Assembly (NCBI GenBank): GCA_016867115.1 | Contig: VGKG01000003.1 | Location: 673-64,672 of the forward strand | Source: Candidatus Omnitrophota bacterium | GTDB lineage: Bacteria > Omnitrophota > Gorgyraeia > Gygaellales > Profunditerraquicolaceae | DNA: 64,000 nucleotides | Direction of reading: 5' to 3' | Shown here: in pieces, positions 48,137-58,106 of the stretch | Layout of the letters: every line of letters begins with the position of its first letter | Numbering within the stretch: position 1 is the first letter of the stretch | Notes under the pieces: generated by a model | Told to the model about the DNA's origin: nothing | The model's database searches: none | The model's input: only the letters and a program-made list of their open reading frames with translations | Translations under genes and position numbers: made by a program

Positions 48137-48614
48137 ATTATTGATTCCGTTCGTGCTTTTTTTATTGTCCGTCACAGGCGCTTTCTACTATGTAGACAAG
48201 GCTGCGTTCTTGAGTCCGATTTTCTACCAGCGCGATTTTCTGATCCGTAATGACAATCGCGGAGAAGGCCATTTTGCGGCTGACAGGAGCGGAAGCCGAC
48301 TGCATAACGGCATCGACCTGCTTGCGCCTTTAGGCACGCCGGTCCTGGCGAGCCGTTTAGGCATAGTAGCCCAGGCAAGGCAGACTAACGGCATGGGTAA
48401 GTTTGTGATCCTGAAACACTTTGGAGGCGTCACTACTACCTACGGCCACCTTTCCCAGATTTATGTCCGGGAGGGTGAGATCGTGCGGCAGGGCGATTGT
48501 ATAGGCGCCGTAGGCAAGACCGGCAACGCCAATTACCGCGATATCCTGCCGCATCTGCATTTCGAAGTGAGAAAATATGGGACCCCCCAGGATCCTTTGG
48601 AATATCTGGAATAA
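48126..48614 (+). CDS. M23-family metallopeptidase
   Basis: HNGIDL (HxGxD) and HLHFEV (HxH) motifs. N-terminal TM segment. Confidence 0.8.
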   Translation: MKNKLLIPFVLFLLSVTGAFYYVDKAAFLSPIFYQRDFLIRNDNRGEGHFAADRSGSRLHNGIDLLAPLGTPVLASRLGIVAQARQTNGMGKFVILKHFGGVTTTYGHLSQIYVREGEIVRQGDCIGAVGKTGNANYRDILPHLHFEVRKYGTPQDPLEYLE

Positions 48615-48616
48615 GA

Positions 48617-49759
48617 ATGTTTAATATCATCCTGCTTGGCATTACCAGTCTGTTGACGGACATCTCATCCGAGATGGTCTATCCGCTCCTGCCGATTTAT
48701 CTGGTGAACCAGCTGGGCGCAAGCCCCGCGATCCTCGGGTTTATCGAGGGGATCGCCGAAAGTTCGGCCAGCCTCCTGAAAGTCTTCTCGGGCTATTTTT
48801 CCGATAGGTTAAAACTGCGCAAGCCCTTTACGATCCTGGGCTATGCCGCTTCGGCTGCGGGAAAACTCTTTCTTTATATATCAGGCGGCTGGGGGCTGGT
48901 CTTTTTCGGCCGGCTCATCGACCGTATCGGCAAGGGAGTGCGCACCGCGCCCCGCGACGCCCTGATCGCCGACTCAGCGCAGGCAGAAAAGAGGGGGCAG
49001 GCCTACGGCCTCCACCGGACCATGGATACTCTCGGAGCTGTTTCGGGAGTACTGCTGGCCTATCTTATCATCACCCGCTATAAAGGCGATTTTAAGAATG
49101 TATTCTTTATTTCGCTTATCCCGGCGGCGCTGGGGATCATCGTTTTATTTTTAGTAAGGGAGAAGAAGAGAGAGCAGAAAGTTCGGGCGGCGAAGGTAGA
49201 GTTCAGGTGGCATGCGCTCGACAGGCGCCTGAAAATGTTCCTTATCTTCACTTTCATCTTTACCCTGGGGAACTCTTCAAACCAGTTTCTGCTCCTGCGC
49301 GCAAAAAGCCTGGGAAATCCCCTCGGAATAGTCATCCTGCTTTATCTCTTTTACAATATTACCTACTGCCTGATGGCGTATCCGGCGGCCCGGCTTTCAG
49401 ACAGGATCGGCAGGAAGAAGCTTCTGGTTGCCGGCTACTTTATCTACGGCCTGGTGTATCTGGGATTTGCCCTGAATAATTCCGCCGCCAATCTCTGGCT
49501 GCTCTTCGGCCTTTACGGATTTTATATCGGTTTTACCGAGGGAGTAGAAAAGGCGCTGGTAGTGGATATTGCGCCTCAGGGCCTGCGCGCTACTGCCATA
49601 GGCCTGCATGCTGCCCTGGTGGGGATCGGATTGTTTCCGGCTTCTCTTTTGGCGGGACTGCTCTGGAAATACGCCGGAGCGAGCGCTCCGTTTTATTTCG
49701 CCGGATTCATGGGGATAACCGCAAGTATCGGCTTATGGTTTATCCTGAAGGACCTTTAG
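48617..49759 (+). CDS. MFS transporter
   Basis: MFNIILLGITSLLTDISSEMVYPLLPIYL start (internal ATG of the longer ORF). 12 TM segments. GRLIDRIGKG MFS motif. Confidence 0.7.
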   Translation: MFNIILLGITSLLTDISSEMVYPLLPIYLVNQLGASPAILGFIEGIAESSASLLKVFSGYFSDRLKLRKPFTILGYAASAAGKLFLYISGGWGLVFFGRLIDRIGKGVRTAPRDALIADSAQAEKRGQAYGLHRTMDTLGAVSGVLLAYLIITRYKGDFKNVFFISLIPAALGIIVLFLVREKKREQKVRAAKVEFRWHALDRRLKMFLIFTFIFTLGNSSNQFLLLRAKSLGNPLGIVILLYLFYNITYCLMAYPAARLSDRIGRKKLLVAGYFIYGLVYLGFALNNSAANLWLLFGLYGFYIGFTEGVEKALVVDIAPQGLRATAIGLHAALVGIGLFPASLLAGLLWKYAGASAPFYFAGFMGITASIGLWFILKDL

Positions 49760-50657
49760 CCTCGTCGGAATCGGGCGTGCGCGCTCCGCCCAGCGGTTCG
49801 ATGTGCACCACTACGTCCGTCACCCCGGGAACACTCTTCTTTATCGCATCCTCGATCGCATAACTTATCCTGTGGGCGTTATCGACGTGCATGTCAGGAT
49901 GCACCTGCACATGCAGGTCGAGGCATATATCGTCGGGACGGCCGCGGGTGCGGATCTTATGGCAGGTCTTGACCCCCTTTATCCCCAGGACAATATCCTC
50001 GATTTTTTTCACATCCACGATCACGATGGCGTCGCAAAGGACAGCCGAGCCTTCTTTCACGATATTTGCCCCTGCATAGGCGATAAAGAGGGAAATAAAG
50101 ATAGTGACTACGGGGTCGATGACCGGATACCCCATCTTTACGACTGCCAGGGACAATATTACCGAGAGCGAAGTAAAGATATCGGCCCGGGTGTGCATGG
50201 AGTCGGAAATCAGGATGTCGCTCTGTAGCTGCCTTCCTTTTTTTAGTTCGTAGCGCATTACCCATAAGTTTACCGCCAGGGTCGAGAGCATGACTATGAA
50301 ACTGGCCGGGCCGATATCCGGACTCACCGGCCGGATGAAGCGCATGATCCCTTCCCTGATCAGGTTGAAGGCGACGAAGAAGAGGAATGCCGCGATGACC
50401 ATGGAAAAGAGAGTCTCGTATTTTTTGTGGCCGTAAGGATGCTCTTTGTCGCGGGGCCGGCAGGCGAGGCTGATGCCGATCAGGCCGATGATATTGGAGG
50501 TGCCGTCAGAGAAGGAGTGGAAGCCGTCTGCGGTCATGCTCGCTGAACGGCTGACCAGGCCGTAAATGACCTTGGCTGCGGCCACTGACCAGTTAAGGAT
50601 AAGGATTGCGATGAGGATGCGCCTGATGCGCCGGCAATGCTGTTCAATAGGCTCCAT
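49740..50657 (-). CDS. cation diffusion facilitator (CDF) family transporter
   Basis: 305 aa with six TM segments, HSxxD motifs and a C-terminal cytoplasmic domain. Confidence 0.85.
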   Translation of the reverse strand: MEPIEQHCRRIRRILIAILILNWSVAAAKVIYGLVSRSASMTADGFHSFSDGTSNIIGLIGISLACRPRDKEHPYGHKKYETLFSMVIAAFLFFVAFNLIREGIMRFIRPVSPDIGPASFIVMLSTLAVNLWVMRYELKKGRQLQSDILISDSMHTRADIFTSLSVILSLAVVKMGYPVIDPVVTIFISLFIAYAGANIVKEGSAVLCDAIVIVDVKKIEDIVLGIKGVKTCHKIRTRGRPDDICLDLHVQVHPDMHVDNAHRISYAIEDAIKKSVPGVTDVVVHIEPLGGARTPDSDEAKGPSG

Positions 50658-50700
50658 AAGAAATATTATAACTCAATTCAGGGGCCAGTTAAAGAGAAGT

Positions 50701-50728
50701 TTACAAGAAAATGCCCCGATGCTATAAT
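50701..50728 (+). promoter_or_regulatory. sigma70-like promoter (TTACAA-16 nt-TATAAT) for the deacetylase gene
   Basis: Read directly. Lies in the divergent region shared with the CDF gene. Confidence 0.45.
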
Positions 50729-50735
50729 AAACCCC

Positions 50736-52127
50736 ATGTCTAAGAAGGCTTTTTTCATCCTGGCGCTCCTTGTTTCGTTTGCGCCTTACGGTTATCCTGC
50801 CGGCCCGCTTGAACCCTTTAGAAAGCAGGACCGCATCCTCATCCTTGCCCCGCACCCCGACGACGAAGCGCTGGGTGCCTGCGGGGTGATCCAGCAGGCG
50901 CTCTCCTGCGGCGCAAAGGTCAAGGTGCTCTACCTGACTAACGGCGACCACAACCAGTTCGCCTTTATCGTCTACGCAAAAAGGCTGCCCATAAGGAAGG
51001 CTGAGTTCATACATCTGGGCGAAGTGCGCCGCCGCGAATCCATAAAGGCCATGCAGCTCCTGGGTCTTTCCGAAAAGGACCTCATTTTTCTGGGTTACCC
51101 GGATTTCGGTACCTTTACCATTTTTAGCAGATACTGGGAGACTAAGAAGCCCTTCCGCAGCCTCCTGACGCGCATCTCCCGGGTGCCCTATAAAGAGGAT
51201 CTTTCCTTCGGCGCGCCTTACACCGGAGAGAGCATCCTCGCCGATATAAAGAGGGTCCTCCTTGATTATAAACCGAATAAGGTCTTTGTCACGCATCCTG
51301 CGGATGTGAATGTGGATCATAAGTCATTCTACCTTTTTCTGCAGGTGGCCCTTGCTGACCTGAGGGGCAGGATCTCTTACCCTAAAATATATCCGTATCT
51401 CATCCACCGCGTCGGCTGGCCTCTGCCGCGGCACTACCATCCGCAGCTGGCCCTTGAACCGCCGAAAGAGTTTATTGGTTCCGCCGCCCGCTGGTTCAGC
51501 CTTGCGCTTACGCCTGAGCAGCTGGAAAAAAAGCACCAGGCCATACTATGTTACAAAAGCCAGACCGAATCCAGTGCTTTTTATCTTCTGGCCTTTGCCA
51601 GGAAAAATGAGCTCTTCGGGGATTATCCGGAGATCATTTTGGAAAGGCAGGATCCGGCGAAGGGCAAGGTTACTTTTTCGGATTTTTCGGAGATGTATGT
51701 AGATGCGCCTGCCGAGGTCTCGGCAGAGCCGCAAGAATCAGGGGCAAGGGAAAAAGGAGAGAAGGGTAATGTCGCCTATGCGCTTTCAGGCAGCACCCTC
51801 TATGTCCGGATCGATAAACCGCAAGGCCTGAAAAACAGGCTCAACTTCGTGGTTTATCTGTTCGGTTATAGCAGGGATAAGCCTTTTGCCCGGATGCCAA
51901 AGCTGAGGCTTTTGGCCAAGCATGACCGGGTGAGAGCCTTTGATAAAGGTAAAGAAATATCTCCCGCAGGGATATGCATAAAATCGGTGCCGGAATCAGA
52001 TGTCCTGATGCTTGCGATTCCGCTGGCAGTCATGGGGAATCCAGAGTTTATTCTTTCTTCCATCCGGTCTTACGGAGCAACGTTATCTGTAGATGCCACT
52101 TCATTCAGGAAGATCAGGATCAGGTAA
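50736..52127 (+). CDS. PIG-L/LmbE-family deacetylase with about 250-aa C-terminal extension
   Basis: Signal peptide then LILAPHPDDEALGACG...VLYLTNGD (PIG-L motif). Start chosen at the internal ATG (MSKKAFFILALL). Confidence 0.7.
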   Translation: MSKKAFFILALLVSFAPYGYPAGPLEPFRKQDRILILAPHPDDEALGACGVIQQALSCGAKVKVLYLTNGDHNQFAFIVYAKRLPIRKAEFIHLGEVRRRESIKAMQLLGLSEKDLIFLGYPDFGTFTIFSRYWETKKPFRSLLTRISRVPYKEDLSFGAPYTGESILADIKRVLLDYKPNKVFVTHPADVNVDHKSFYLFLQVALADLRGRISYPKIYPYLIHRVGWPLPRHYHPQLALEPPKEFIGSAARWFSLALTPEQLEKKHQAILCYKSQTESSAFYLLAFARKNELFGDYPEIILERQDPAKGKVTFSDFSEMYVDAPAEVSAEPQESGAREKGEKGNVAYALSGSTLYVRIDKPQGLKNRLNFVVYLFGYSRDKPFARMPKLRLLAKHDRVRAFDKGKEISPAGICIKSVPESDVLMLAIPLAVMGNPEFILSSIRSYGATLSVDATSFRKIRIR

Positions 52128-52284
52128 GACATCTTATAAAGAAAAACAAGCAAAGGAGATGTCTGATTACGCAGATTTTAAACCAGATCACACAGATTAA
52201 AGCTTCTAATCTGTGTAATCTAAAATAATCAATGTAATCAGGTATAATCACGATTTTACCTAAGGATTATACCAGGAGGCAGAT

Positions 52285-52773
52285 ATGCCAGAGTTTAAAT
52301 CCGTGAAGGTCAACAAACCCGACGACGTGAATCTGATACTCGGCCAGAGCCATTTTATCAAGACCGCGGAGGACATCTATGAGGCCCTGGTGAACAATGT
52401 GCCGGGGATAAAGTTCGGCCTGGCATTTGCCGAATCTTCCGGCGCCTGTAAGATAAGGGCAGAGGGTAATGATCCGGAATTAAAAGAGCTTGCGGCAAAG
52501 AACGCCCTTGAAATCGGCGCAGGCCACAGCTTTCTTATATTCCTGCGCCAGGCCTATCCCATCAATGTCCTGAATGCCGTCAAGAATATCCCTGAGGTCT
52601 GTACCATTTATTGCGCCACGGCAAATCCCGTAGAGGTGCTCCTGGCTGAGAATACTTCCGGGGCCAGGGGGATCCTCGGCGTGATCGACGGCCAGGCGCC
52701 CAAGGGCATAGAGGGGCCCGAAGATATCGCCTGGAGAAAAGACCTCTTGCGCAGGATCGGCTATAAACTTTAG
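52285..52773 (+). CDS. conserved hypothetical protein (possibly PF04008 'adenosine-specific kinase'-like)
   Basis: 162 aa soluble protein. Family assignment is from memory only. Confidence 0.35.
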   Translation: MPEFKSVKVNKPDDVNLILGQSHFIKTAEDIYEALVNNVPGIKFGLAFAESSGACKIRAEGNDPELKELAAKNALEIGAGHSFLIFLRQAYPINVLNAVKNIPEVCTIYCATANPVEVLLAENTSGARGILGVIDGQAPKGIEGPEDIAWRKDLLRRIGYKL

Positions 52774-52780
52774 CTAAATA

Positions 52781-53701
52781 ATGGAACTTAAAAAGATTTC
52801 AAAGCATTTCGGCCGTTTCATGGGGTGGCTGGGGTTGTCTTCTAGCGCCCTGGCGGTAAAGTTTATCCCCAGCAGTCTTCTCTACGCCTTTGCCCGTAAG
52901 ATGAGCTGGCTGGGTTTTCGTATTGCTGCCAAACAAAGAAAGATCGCCCTGGAGAGTCTTTCTATTGCTTTTGGCAAAGAGAAGACGCCGGAGGAGCTGG
53001 AAAGGATCGCCAAAGACTGTTTTACCTTTATGGCCAAGTCTGCCTTAGAACTCCTCTTTTTGATGGATAGGCCTGAGCTGCTTAAGAAACGGGTGGATTT
53101 CGACGGCAAAGATAACCTCGATAATGCCCTGGCTAAGGGAAACGGCGCGATCCTGGTCAGCGCCCATTTCGGGAACTTCCCCCTGCTTATGGCGCGGCTC
53201 GCCCTCTGCGGGTACAAGATCGCCGGCATCATGCGCCCGATGCATGATGAGCGGGTTGAGAAGACATTCCTGGCCAAACGCAATAAGTTAGGCGTAAGGA
53301 CGATCTACAGCCAGCCGCGCATCGCCTGCGTAAACGAGACGATCGAGGCGCTGCGCGACAACTCGGTAGTCTTTATTCCCATAGACCAGAACTTCGGTTC
53401 AGGCGGGGTCTATGTGGAGTTTTTCGGCCAGAAGGCGGCAACAGCGACTGGCCCGGTGGTCCTGGCGCAGAGGACAAGGGCCAGCCTCATCCCCTGTTTT
53501 ATCGTCAGGCAGCCTGACGATACGCATAAGATAATTTTTGAGCCGGCGATAGAATTAATAGGATCCGGCGATCCCCAGGAAACTGTGGTCGCCAACATCC
53601 AGATGCTGACCGGTATCATCGAAAGGTATATCCGTGAATATCCGGCGGAGTGGGGATGGATCCACCGCCGCTGGAAGAGTAAGCCCGGCAGCCAGGCTTA
53701 G
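52781..53701 (+). CDS. lipid A biosynthesis acyltransferase (LpxL/HtrB family)
   Basis: N-terminal membrane anchor plus Lip_A_acyltrans fold (VSAHFGNFPL with HxxxxD-like region). Confidence 0.75.
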   Translation: MELKKISKHFGRFMGWLGLSSSALAVKFIPSSLLYAFARKMSWLGFRIAAKQRKIALESLSIAFGKEKTPEELERIAKDCFTFMAKSALELLFLMDRPELLKKRVDFDGKDNLDNALAKGNGAILVSAHFGNFPLLMARLALCGYKIAGIMRPMHDERVEKTFLAKRNKLGVRTIYSQPRIACVNETIEALRDNSVVFIPIDQNFGSGGVYVEFFGQKAATATGPVVLAQRTRASLIPCFIVRQPDDTHKIIFEPAIELIGSGDPQETVVANIQMLTGIIERYIREYPAEWGWIHRRWKSKPGSQA

Positions 53702-53776
53702 CCTTTACTTGGGCCTTATTTCTGGTATAATAATTCCAATTTCGCAGGGCACTTTAAATAATAAAGGAGCATGTAT

Positions 53777-54343
53777 ATGGAAGCGATCCTGAAGAGGGAG
53801 ATAGTCACTAACAAAACGATCTGCCGGATATTTGCGGCATTCACCTTCGTCATCCTGACTGCCTTGGGCGCGTATGTGCGCATACCCTTGCCTTTTACGC
53901 CTGTGCCGATCACGCTGCAGACCTTTTTTGTGCTGCTGGGTGCGGCATTATTAGGCAGAGGCCTGGGGGTGATTACGCAGGCAGCGTATCTTACCTTTGG
54001 TATTGCCGGCCTCTCCATATTCACCGGCGCAGGTTACGGCTTCGCCTATTTATTAGGCCCCACCGGCGGTTATCTGCTGGGTTTTGTCCTGGCTGCTTAT
54101 TTCGGAGGAAAATGCCTCGATTCGGAGCGGGGCGGTTTGTTATACGTTTTCGCTGTCTTATTTGCCGCTGACCTGATCCTGTTGGCCTGCGGAGTGCTCT
54201 GGCTTAAGGCAGCCTTCGGTCTTTCTTTGGCAAAAGCCATCCTTCTGGGATTGCTGCCTTTTATACCGGGAGATATTTTAAAGGCGCTGGCAGCGGCGCA
54301 TATTTACCTGAGACTCAAGCCGCGCTTAGAAAAAGTCCTATAA
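53777..54343 (+). CDS. bioY: biotin transporter BioY
   Basis: YVRIPLPFTPVPITLQTFFVLLGAALLG is a BioY hallmark. The second ATG was chosen for SD spacing. Confidence 0.8.
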   Translation: MEAILKREIVTNKTICRIFAAFTFVILTALGAYVRIPLPFTPVPITLQTFFVLLGAALLGRGLGVITQAAYLTFGIAGLSIFTGAGYGFAYLLGPTGGYLLGFVLAAYFGGKCLDSERGGLLYVFAVLFAADLILLACGVLWLKAAFGLSLAKAILLGLLPFIPGDILKALAAAHIYLRLKPRLEKVL

Positions 54344-54358
54344 AGAGGAAGGTCAAAG

Positions 54359-54805
54359 ATGAAAGTAAAAGAGATCATGAAGAAGCCCGTCACTAGCCTC
54401 AAGCCCGATGAGAATGCCCTGGAGGCGCTCAAGTACCTGTTCCAGCGCCGCATCAGCGGCCTGCCGGTCATCGACGAGAAAGGCAGGCTCCTGGGCATGT
54501 TCACCGAAAAGGAGATCATCTCCTACATCCTGCCCTCTTATCTGGAGCAGGTGGGAAGGTTTGTCTATGAGGTCGATCCCAAGGCCGTCATGCAAAAGGC
54601 GCAGCATCTCTCGGGACTAAAGGTCAAAGATATCATGCGCCAGCACGTAGCCACGGTAGAGGAAGATACCTCGCTTTGCGAAGCCGCGCACCTGATGCTT
54701 ACGCAAAAGGCAAGGCGCATCCTGGTTTTAGATAAGAACAAAAGCGTCCTGGGCATAATCGCCAGGGAAGACGTGCTTAAGGCGCTTCTGGGGGATTGCA
54801 AGTAG
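54359..54805 (+). CDS. CBS-pair domain protein
   Basis: Two CBS motifs (GLPVIDEKGRLLGMFT..., ILVLDKNKSVLGIIARED). Confidence 0.8.
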   Translation: MKVKEIMKKPVTSLKPDENALEALKYLFQRRISGLPVIDEKGRLLGMFTEKEIISYILPSYLEQVGRFVYEVDPKAVMQKAQHLSGLKVKDIMRQHVATVEEDTSLCEAAHLMLTQKARRILVLDKNKSVLGIIAREDVLKALLGDCK

Positions 54806-54808
54806 CCT

Positions 54809-56200
54809 ATGAATAAGATCGTCTCAAAGTTATCCCTGCTTATCCTGACCGCCGTTTCTTTAGGCTTTCTGGGCCGGCTGGGAGGCTTAAGTTTTCATCA
54901 GGCTCTCTCGGTCTCCATCTTTTCCGCCTCCATTATCGGCACACTTTTTTTCTGGGATTTCCGGCTCAGTTTTGCCTTTATCGGCACCGCGATACTTTTA
55001 GCTACTAAAACCACTGACCTGGAGCATGTCATCAAGTTCTCTTCGCTGGAAGTGATCCTCTTTCTCGTCGGGATGATGGTGATCATCGGGCTGCTCAGGC
55101 AGGAGGGTTTCTTTGCCTGGATCGTCAGCCTCATCCTGCGTATCCGCAACTTAAGCGCCAGGAAGTTTGTCTTCTCCGTAGCGATAGCCTCAGCGCTCCT
55201 TGCCTGCGCGGTGGATGAGGTGACCTCCATAATCTTCATTGTGGCAGCGGTACTTGAGATCTGCGACTATTTCGAGGTAGATGCCGTCCCCTTCATCATC
55301 ATTTCGGTCCTGGCTACCAACATCGGCTCAGCCGGGACAGTGCTCGGTAACCCTATCGGAATACTGATCGCCACCAAGTCGGGGCTTACCTTCGAAGATT
55401 TTATCGTCAAGGCCTTTCCTTTAGCTATGCTTGCGCTTTTAAGCATGATATTCCTTGTGCTTTACTGGTACCGTAAGGAATTAAAGAAGCTTGACGAACA
55501 GATCGCCAGGTTAGGGTCTGACGAGATACTTTATCATCTGATCGCAGTGCCTCCGGACAGGAAGACTAAGGCTGCGCTTTCGCTATTCGGAGCGACCCTT
55601 TTTCTGTTAGCCTTTTCTCACCGGCTCGATCTTCTCTGGGGCCTTGAGAACAACACGGTCCTTCTGGTCATTCCTCTGGTCAGCGCAGCGTTGATCATGA
55701 TCTGGAAACACAGCCAGGCAAGGCATTTTATTGAGAAGGATGTGGAATGGTGGACGCTTTTATTCTTCCTGATGCTCTTTGTCCAGGCCGGGACCCTGAA
55801 ATACACCGGAGCAACTGAAGTCCTGGCCAGAAACATCGCCGGTTTTACCGGAAATAACGAGGGCCTTCTGGTGTCGGTCGTCCTCTGGGTGAGCGCTATC
55901 GGTTCAAGCATTCTTGATAACGTGGTGATGGTAGCGGCATTTGTGCCGATCGTCCAGGGCTTTGGCTCCCTGCAGGTGAACCTGCAGCCTTTGTGGTGGG
56001 CGCTCCTTTTTGGCGGCTGCTTCGGAGGCAATATCACCCTGGTCGGCTCGACTGCCAATATCGTGGCCATCGGGCTCCTGGAAAAAGAGAGGAACTTCCG
56101 GATGACCTTTTTCCGTTGGTTTTGGGTCGGGCTTACCGTAGGGATCGTTTCGACGGTAATCGTCTGGGTCGCGCTGGTCACTCTGCCGGTCTACCGTTAG
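54809..56200 (+). CDS. ArsB/NhaD-superfamily anion permease
   Basis: 463 aa with internal two-fold repeat of TM bundles. Adjacent to the CBS protein. Confidence 0.6.
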   Translation: MNKIVSKLSLLILTAVSLGFLGRLGGLSFHQALSVSIFSASIIGTLFFWDFRLSFAFIGTAILLATKTTDLEHVIKFSSLEVILFLVGMMVIIGLLRQEGFFAWIVSLILRIRNLSARKFVFSVAIASALLACAVDEVTSIIFIVAAVLEICDYFEVDAVPFIIISVLATNIGSAGTVLGNPIGILIATKSGLTFEDFIVKAFPLAMLALLSMIFLVLYWYRKELKKLDEQIARLGSDEILYHLIAVPPDRKTKAALSLFGATLFLLAFSHRLDLLWGLENNTVLLVIPLVSAALIMIWKHSQARHFIEKDVEWWTLLFFLMLFVQAGTLKYTGATEVLARNIAGFTGNNEGLLVSVVLWVSAIGSSILDNVVMVAAFVPIVQGFGSLQVNLQPLWWALLFGGCFGGNITLVGSTANIVAIGLLEKERNFRMTFFRWFWVGLTVGIVSTVIVWVALVTLPVYR

Positions 56201-56264
56201 GGTATTCACTGGAGCAGTCGGTTCAGTTTGTTATAAATCGGTATTTGTTCGCGGGAGGTGTGTT

Positions 56265-56687
56265 ATGAAGGCAAAAGTATTTTTAGTAACCCTGGCATTC
56301 TTGTTTTCAGGCACAGGTTTAAGTTTTAGCGAAGAGGCGGAACTATCTCAGCCCGCTGAGCCGCAGATGCAGTGGCAATATGTAGAGATCGTATCGGTTG
56401 ACCCCGCAGGCAAATCCTTTGTAGGAAAGTATATCGATTTTGAGACCGAACAGGAGAAGGAGATCACCATTTTCTGCGACGATAAGACCGGCTACGAGAA
56501 CATGTCTTCCCTCTCAGAGCTGAAACCCCTTGATGCCGTAGGTGTAGATTTTGTGGTCACTGCCGAAGGCAGGAACCTGGCCATGAATATCAGCCTTGAG
56601 AAGCCTGACCTTGAGGTCCTGCCGCCTGAGCTGGGTGAAGTGCTTCCGGAATTTCCTCCGGAAACAGAGGTACCCCCTCAGGAGTAA
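56265..56687 (+). CDS. hypothetical secreted protein
   Basis: Signal peptide. Acidic, Pro/Glu-rich C-terminus. Confidence 0.4.
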   Translation: MKAKVFLVTLAFLFSGTGLSFSEEAELSQPAEPQMQWQYVEIVSVDPAGKSFVGKYIDFETEQEKEITIFCDDKTGYENMSSLSELKPLDAVGVDFVVTAEGRNLAMNISLEKPDLEVLPPELGEVLPEFPPETEVPPQE

Positions 56688-56718
56688 GCGCCCCGGTTTT
56701 ATTAGCATAAGGAGACCT

Positions 56719-56753
56719 GCCCCGTCAGGCAATCCCTGACGGGGCTTGCTTTT
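56719..56753 (+). terminator. rho-independent terminator
   Basis: GCCCCGTCAGG-caatc-CCTGACGGGGC then TTGCTTTT. Confidence 0.6.
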
Positions 56754-56757
56754 CGCG

Positions 56758-57405
56758 ATGAAAGACATTAGATTAGTCATTTTCGATCTGGACGGGACGC
56801 TGGTAAACGCCTATCCTGCGATTATTGAGAGTTTTAATTTCACCATGCAGAAGCTGAATTACCCCGGGCGTGACCGCTTGACTATCCGGCGCGCTGTCGG
56901 CTGGGGAGATCAGGCGCTCCTTGAGCCCTTTCTTAAGCCCGAAGACCTATCCCGGGCCCTTGCCCTGTACCGCCGGCACCATAAGAAAGCCCTGCTCAGG
57001 GGCGCTCGCCTCCTGCCCGGGGCAAGAAGAGTCCCGGATTCCCTTAAAAATAAAGGTTATCTTATGGCCGTAGCCAGCAACCGGCCTACGCGTTTTTCCC
57101 GCATCCTCATGCGCCACCTGAAACTCGAAAAGTATTTCGCCTCTTTTTTATGCGCGGATAAATTAAAAAAAGGAAAGCCCCATCCTGAGATCCTGCAGAG
57201 GATCATGCGCCGGCTCTCCTGTAAGCCTCAAGAGACCCTTTATGTAGGCGATATGGCAATCGACGCCCGGGCCGGAAGCCGCGCGGGGGTCAGGACTGTT
57301 ATCGTCACTACCGGCTCAAGCCATCTGGGGGAAATAAGGAAAGAGAGGCCCTTTAAGGTCATTGATCGTATCAGCCGGCTGCTTAAGCTGCTTTCACAGG
57401 CGTAA
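56758..57405 (+). CDS. HAD-family hydrolase (phosphoglycolate phosphatase-like)
   Basis: MKDIRLVIFDLDGTL motif I. GDM..D motif IV. Confidence 0.8.
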   Translation: MKDIRLVIFDLDGTLVNAYPAIIESFNFTMQKLNYPGRDRLTIRRAVGWGDQALLEPFLKPEDLSRALALYRRHHKKALLRGARLLPGARRVPDSLKNKGYLMAVASNRPTRFSRILMRHLKLEKYFASFLCADKLKKGKPHPEILQRIMRRLSCKPQETLYVGDMAIDARAGSRAGVRTVIVTTGSSHLGEIRKERPFKVIDRISRLLKLLSQA

Positions 57406-57517
57406 GCGCCGGGTTTTGGCTTGACAGGCGCATATTTTGGTAATATATTAAATTGAACCGCCGCTGCCAGAACAGGCGGTTTTTGCAGGCCCGAAAGGGC
57501 TTATTACAGGAGGATTT

Positions 57518-58105
57518 ATGAAGAAGGTACTCTTTTTATCTTTGATCCTGTCATTATGCTTTACGGGTATTTATGCCATGGCTCAAGTTCCCGGCAAGAT
57601 CGGGCCGGGAGCCCAGCCAAAACTGATCCTGCTTATTTCCGAACAGAATATCGAAGGCCCGCAGCGGGCCTGGTGGGCGAGCGAAGTGGACCTTTCTACT
57701 ACTGAAGCTAAAGTGGCCCAGAAGCTTATCGATTCGGGCTTTACGGTGCTTGAGCCTTCGGACCTGACCAAGTCTATCCGCCAGGATAAGGCCTTTCGCC
57801 TGCTTAACCTGTCTGAGGAAAAGTCCGTAAAGCTGGGGAATCTCTCTCAGGCGGATTACGTGGTCTTAGGCAAGGCCGTGGCCTCTGCCGGAGGCAATGT
57901 CCCGCAGTCAAATATGCGTTCCTGTTTTGCCAATATCACTGCCAAGCTTATCCGCGTCAAAGACGGCAAAGTCGTTGCTTATCTCGATGCATCCGGCAGC
58001 TCAGCGCACCTGGATGTCATCACCGGCGGCCGCGAAGCCCTGAATAACGCCGCAGAGGACCTTGCCGCAAAGATCATTGCCGCTGTCTCCAAAGGAGGAA
58101 ATTAG
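57518..58105 (+). CDS. CsgG-like lipoprotein, short paralogue
   Basis: Signal peptide. GFTVLEPSDL...LGNLSQADYVVLGKAV parallels the CsgG core RFxVLER...LGxxxGADYLIxG. Confidence 0.45.
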   Translation: MKKVLFLSLILSLCFTGIYAMAQVPGKIGPGAQPKLILLISEQNIEGPQRAWWASEVDLSTTEAKVAQKLIDSGFTVLEPSDLTKSIRQDKAFRLLNLSEEKSVKLGNLSQADYVVLGKAVASAGGNVPQSNMRSCFANITAKLIRVKDGKVVAYLDASGSSAHLDVITGGREALNNAAEDLAAKIIAAVSKGGN

Positions 58106-58106
58106 G

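Noticed and set aside
50673-51320. 215-aa antisense ORF across the PIG-L deacetylase 5' half
   Set aside because: Shadow ORF. The + strand carries the HPDDE PIG-L motif and a signal peptide.
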